Positions 61,961 to 64,000 of a stretch of 64,000 nucleotides of DNA are shown in pieces. A program made the position numbers and the translations under genes. Location of the stretch: the NCBI GenBank assembly GCA_043815505.1, contig JBDRIV010000004.1:113671-177670 (forward strand), in the 5' to 3' direction. The number at the start of each line of letters is the position of its first letter. Within the stretch, counting starts at the first letter, position 1. This DNA comes from a bacterium. GTDB lineage: Bacteria; Patescibacteriota; JABMPQ01; JBDRIV01. Under the pieces are notes generated by a model. That model was not told where the DNA came from. It made no database searches and saw only the letters and a program-made list of their open reading frames with translations.

Positions 61961-63511
61961 TTAATTTAATTTTTTAACAATTCCTTTGTTGGCGTCAACT
62001 TCTACTTTATCTCCGTCTTTTAAAACTTTTGTAGCAATGTTAATACCTGTTATGCAAGGTGTGCCCATTTCACGCGATACAATAGCGGCATGGCAAGTTA
62101 TTCCCCCGTCTTCAGTAATAATCGCCGCCGCCTTTTTCATAGCTGGAACTAGTGCTGGATAAGTGGTATGAGAAACCATAACATCACCTGCTTCCATTTT
62201 GCTCATTTCTTCTGGTGAGTTTACAATTTTTACTTTGCCTTTGGCTTGACCAGAACAAGCACATGTCCCTTGTAATTCTTTTAAATTCTCATCAATTTCT
62301 TCTTCTTTAATATTTTTGTCACTTAGGAAATCATCAGCTTCTTTGGCTGTTAAAATTTTTACATCTTCACCGTTGTAATACATAACTGCTTTTTTAGCTC
62401 TTCTGCTTAGTTCCTGTAAATCAATATCTTGACCATCAATAAAAATATCTTGCACCTCCCAATAGCTTAATAAATGCATTTGGTTTAACGATAAATATAT
62501 CCTTTTGCCCATTTCCCTTAATATTTTGTCCAGCGCGTAAAAACCGTGATACATTATTTCCTTGCGATGTCCTTTTAAATAAGAAATGTCGGCTGCTAAA
62601 TCAAAGATTCTCATATCTTCCTTACTAATACTGAGTTTTTGAACCAGTTCTTCTCTTTTTTTCTTTACTTCACTGGGCCGATTTTCTAATTTGGCAATAG
62701 CTTTATCTAAGTCTGTTTTTTCCTTTATTAAACCTGACCAAATCTGTAAATAGGTATCAATGTTGTAGGCTGGGCCCATATAATTAAACGGTAACCAGCG
62801 CCATTTCTGGTGATGCTTCTCAATTCCTGCTAAAATTACAGGATTTAAACCATCAGGTATTTTTGAAAAATCCTCTAATTCTGCAAATAATTTTTTCGCG
62901 GTTTCGTCTTCTGAAATTTGTTGAGCGAATTTCAAAGATTCTATTTCTTCATTTATTACAAATCCATTTCTCTCATCTGTTGTTAATTTGCTAAAAGTAT
63001 CGGCCACATCTAAATCTGAATTGGAACCTTCTATTAATTCTTCCGTTCTTTTCATAAGTTTTTTAGAAAAATTCTGTTTGTAGCCATCTGAGAACCAGGT
63101 CGTTGATAATGAGTGCTGATGACCCTTTTTTTGATTTTTTATTAATTCTTTGTAAATACTTCCGAGTTCTTCATTGGAAAGTTCCTCTAAATTTAGATCG
63201 AGAATTTCTTTGGCATAATTAAAATATCTATCGTTAATTTTGTAAGTTTCCTTATTTATGTCTTCCGCTTTGGCAGGATTCATGTAAATTGTTTCAATAA
63301 TCGCATTCTCCAGTTTTTCAAGTTCTTTTTCTGGTTCATAAAAAGCTATTAAGTCAACTCCATCCCAAACTGCTATCATTTCCTTCAGAATCACATTACC
63401 TTTGCCAAGTAATATTTCTTGACAATTTTTAAAGTTTTTAAAAGTCGGGGTTATTAAATGATACCCCGATTTGTCTATCTTAAAATTTTCTACCCAGACT
63501 TTTTCTTTCAT
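61961..63511 (-). CDS. PEP-utilizing-enzyme family protein (PEP synthase/PPDK-like N-terminal region plus mobile phosphohistidine domain)
   Basis: C-terminal GGITCHAAIVSREMGTPCITG swivel-domain motif. Confidence 0.6.
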   Translation of the reverse strand: MKEKVWVENFKIDKSGYHLITPTFKNFKNCQEILLGKGNVILKEMIAVWDGVDLIAFYEPEKELEKLENAIIETIYMNPAKAEDINKETYKINDRYFNYAKEILDLNLEELSNEELGSIYKELIKNQKKGHQHSLSTTWFSDGYKQNFSKKLMKRTEELIEGSNSDLDVADTFSKLTTDERNGFVINEEIESLKFAQQISEDETAKKLFAELEDFSKIPDGLNPVILAGIEKHHQKWRWLPFNYMGPAYNIDTYLQIWSGLIKEKTDLDKAIAKLENRPSEVKKKREELVQKLSISKEDMRIFDLAADISYLKGHRKEIMYHGFYALDKILREMGKRIYLSLNQMHLLSYWEVQDIFIDGQDIDLQELSRRAKKAVMYYNGEDVKILTAKEADDFLSDKNIKEEEIDENLKELQGTCACSGQAKGKVKIVNSPEEMSKMEAGDVMVSHTTYPALVPAMKKAAAIITEDGGITCHAAIVSREMGTPCITGINIATKVLKDGDKVEVDANKGIVKKLN

Positions 63512-63512
63512 G

Positions 63513-63971
63513 TTAAATTATTTTTACTTTACCATTTGTGGCATCAACTTCGACTTCGTCGCCATCTTTTAGAACTTCGGTCGCGATTTTGGTTCCGACG
63601 ACGCAAGGAATTTGTAACTCCCGCGACACAATAGCTGCGTGACATGTTAACCCTCCCTCATCAGTAATAATGGCTTTGGCAATCCTGATGGCCGACATTA
63701 AATTGGGGTTGGTAGCAGCAGAAATCAAAATGTTACCCGATATCATTTTTTTTATTTCCTCTGGTCGGTTGATTATTTTTGCCACACCCGTAACTTTTCC
63801 TCGGTATGCGGTCGTTCCTGTCAGCTCTTTTTTAAGGGAATATTTTTTAGACAATGGGAAATTGTCTCGCACAAATGCCGTTGCCGATGAACCGTCGTAA
63901 CAGAATTTTTTATTGTCGATTTGGCCATAAACAACTAGTTTAATTCTAGAATTAATTTTTTTTAAATTCAA
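63513..63971 (-). CDS. PEP-utilizing-enzyme mobile-domain protein (152 aa)
   Basis: GGLTCHAAIVSRELQIPCVVG phosphohistidine-domain motif. Confidence 0.6.
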   Translation of the reverse strand: MNLKKINSRIKLVVYGQIDNKKFCYDGSSATAFVRDNFPLSKKYSLKKELTGTTAYRGKVTGVAKIINRPEEIKKMISGNILISAATNPNLMSAIRIAKAIITDEGGLTCHAAIVSRELQIPCVVGTKIATEVLKDGDEVEVDATNGKVKII

Positions 63972-64000
63972 TGATTTGCTTTGTAAGCCTTTAGCTATTT

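Overview
This is an AT-rich (about 30-35% GC by eye), gene-dense bacterial segment, probably from a small-genome organism; that last point is inference only. Most of it is housekeeping, and almost all of those genes are on the minus strand: glyA, a Sua5/YrdC-family gene (tsaC), leuS, a TatD-family DNase, metG, rsmI, glyS, a ClpC-like ATPase, tgt, recO, ileS, argS, map and gdh. On the plus strand sit the smpB-ORF-ssrA(tmRNA) locus and infC-rpmI-rplT. Native genes mostly lack Shine-Dalgarno (SD) sequences.

Five things stand out against that background:
- A recurring 13-19 bp GTAC-core motif (TTGTACTACCGGG / CCCGGTAGTACAA) occurs as inverted pairs about 70-85 bp apart. At several genes the proximal copy directly abuts the start codon (glyS, a methyltransferase, rpmI, a PHP-domain gene), and it lies 57 nt upstream of infC.
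- Two islands of about 60% GC each carry one SD-led gene of about 220 aa (20984..21658 and 41396..42049, both minus). A moderately GC-rich 1.8 kb island (25.5-27.3 kb) holds three SD-led small secreted or membrane proteins behind a perfect TTGACA-N17-TATAAT promoter.
- An 18-bp direct repeat of the tmRNA 3' end lies 209 bp downstream of ssrA, like an attL/attR remnant of an integrated element. It is followed by about 1.3 kb of ORF-free, GC-rich, hairpin-dense sequence with consensus promoters and intrinsic terminators, which I read as candidate ncRNAs.
- Several dispersed repeat and hairpin families recur: CCCAGCYCCAGTTTT...AAAACTGGRGCTGGG hairpins, a 24-nt exact repeat at two gene 3' ends, and a roughly 90-nt element upstream of rsmI and argS that shows a compensatory stem change.
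- No rRNA, canonical tRNA or CRISPR array was seen.

All functional calls are from reading motifs by eye; nothing was searched or computed.
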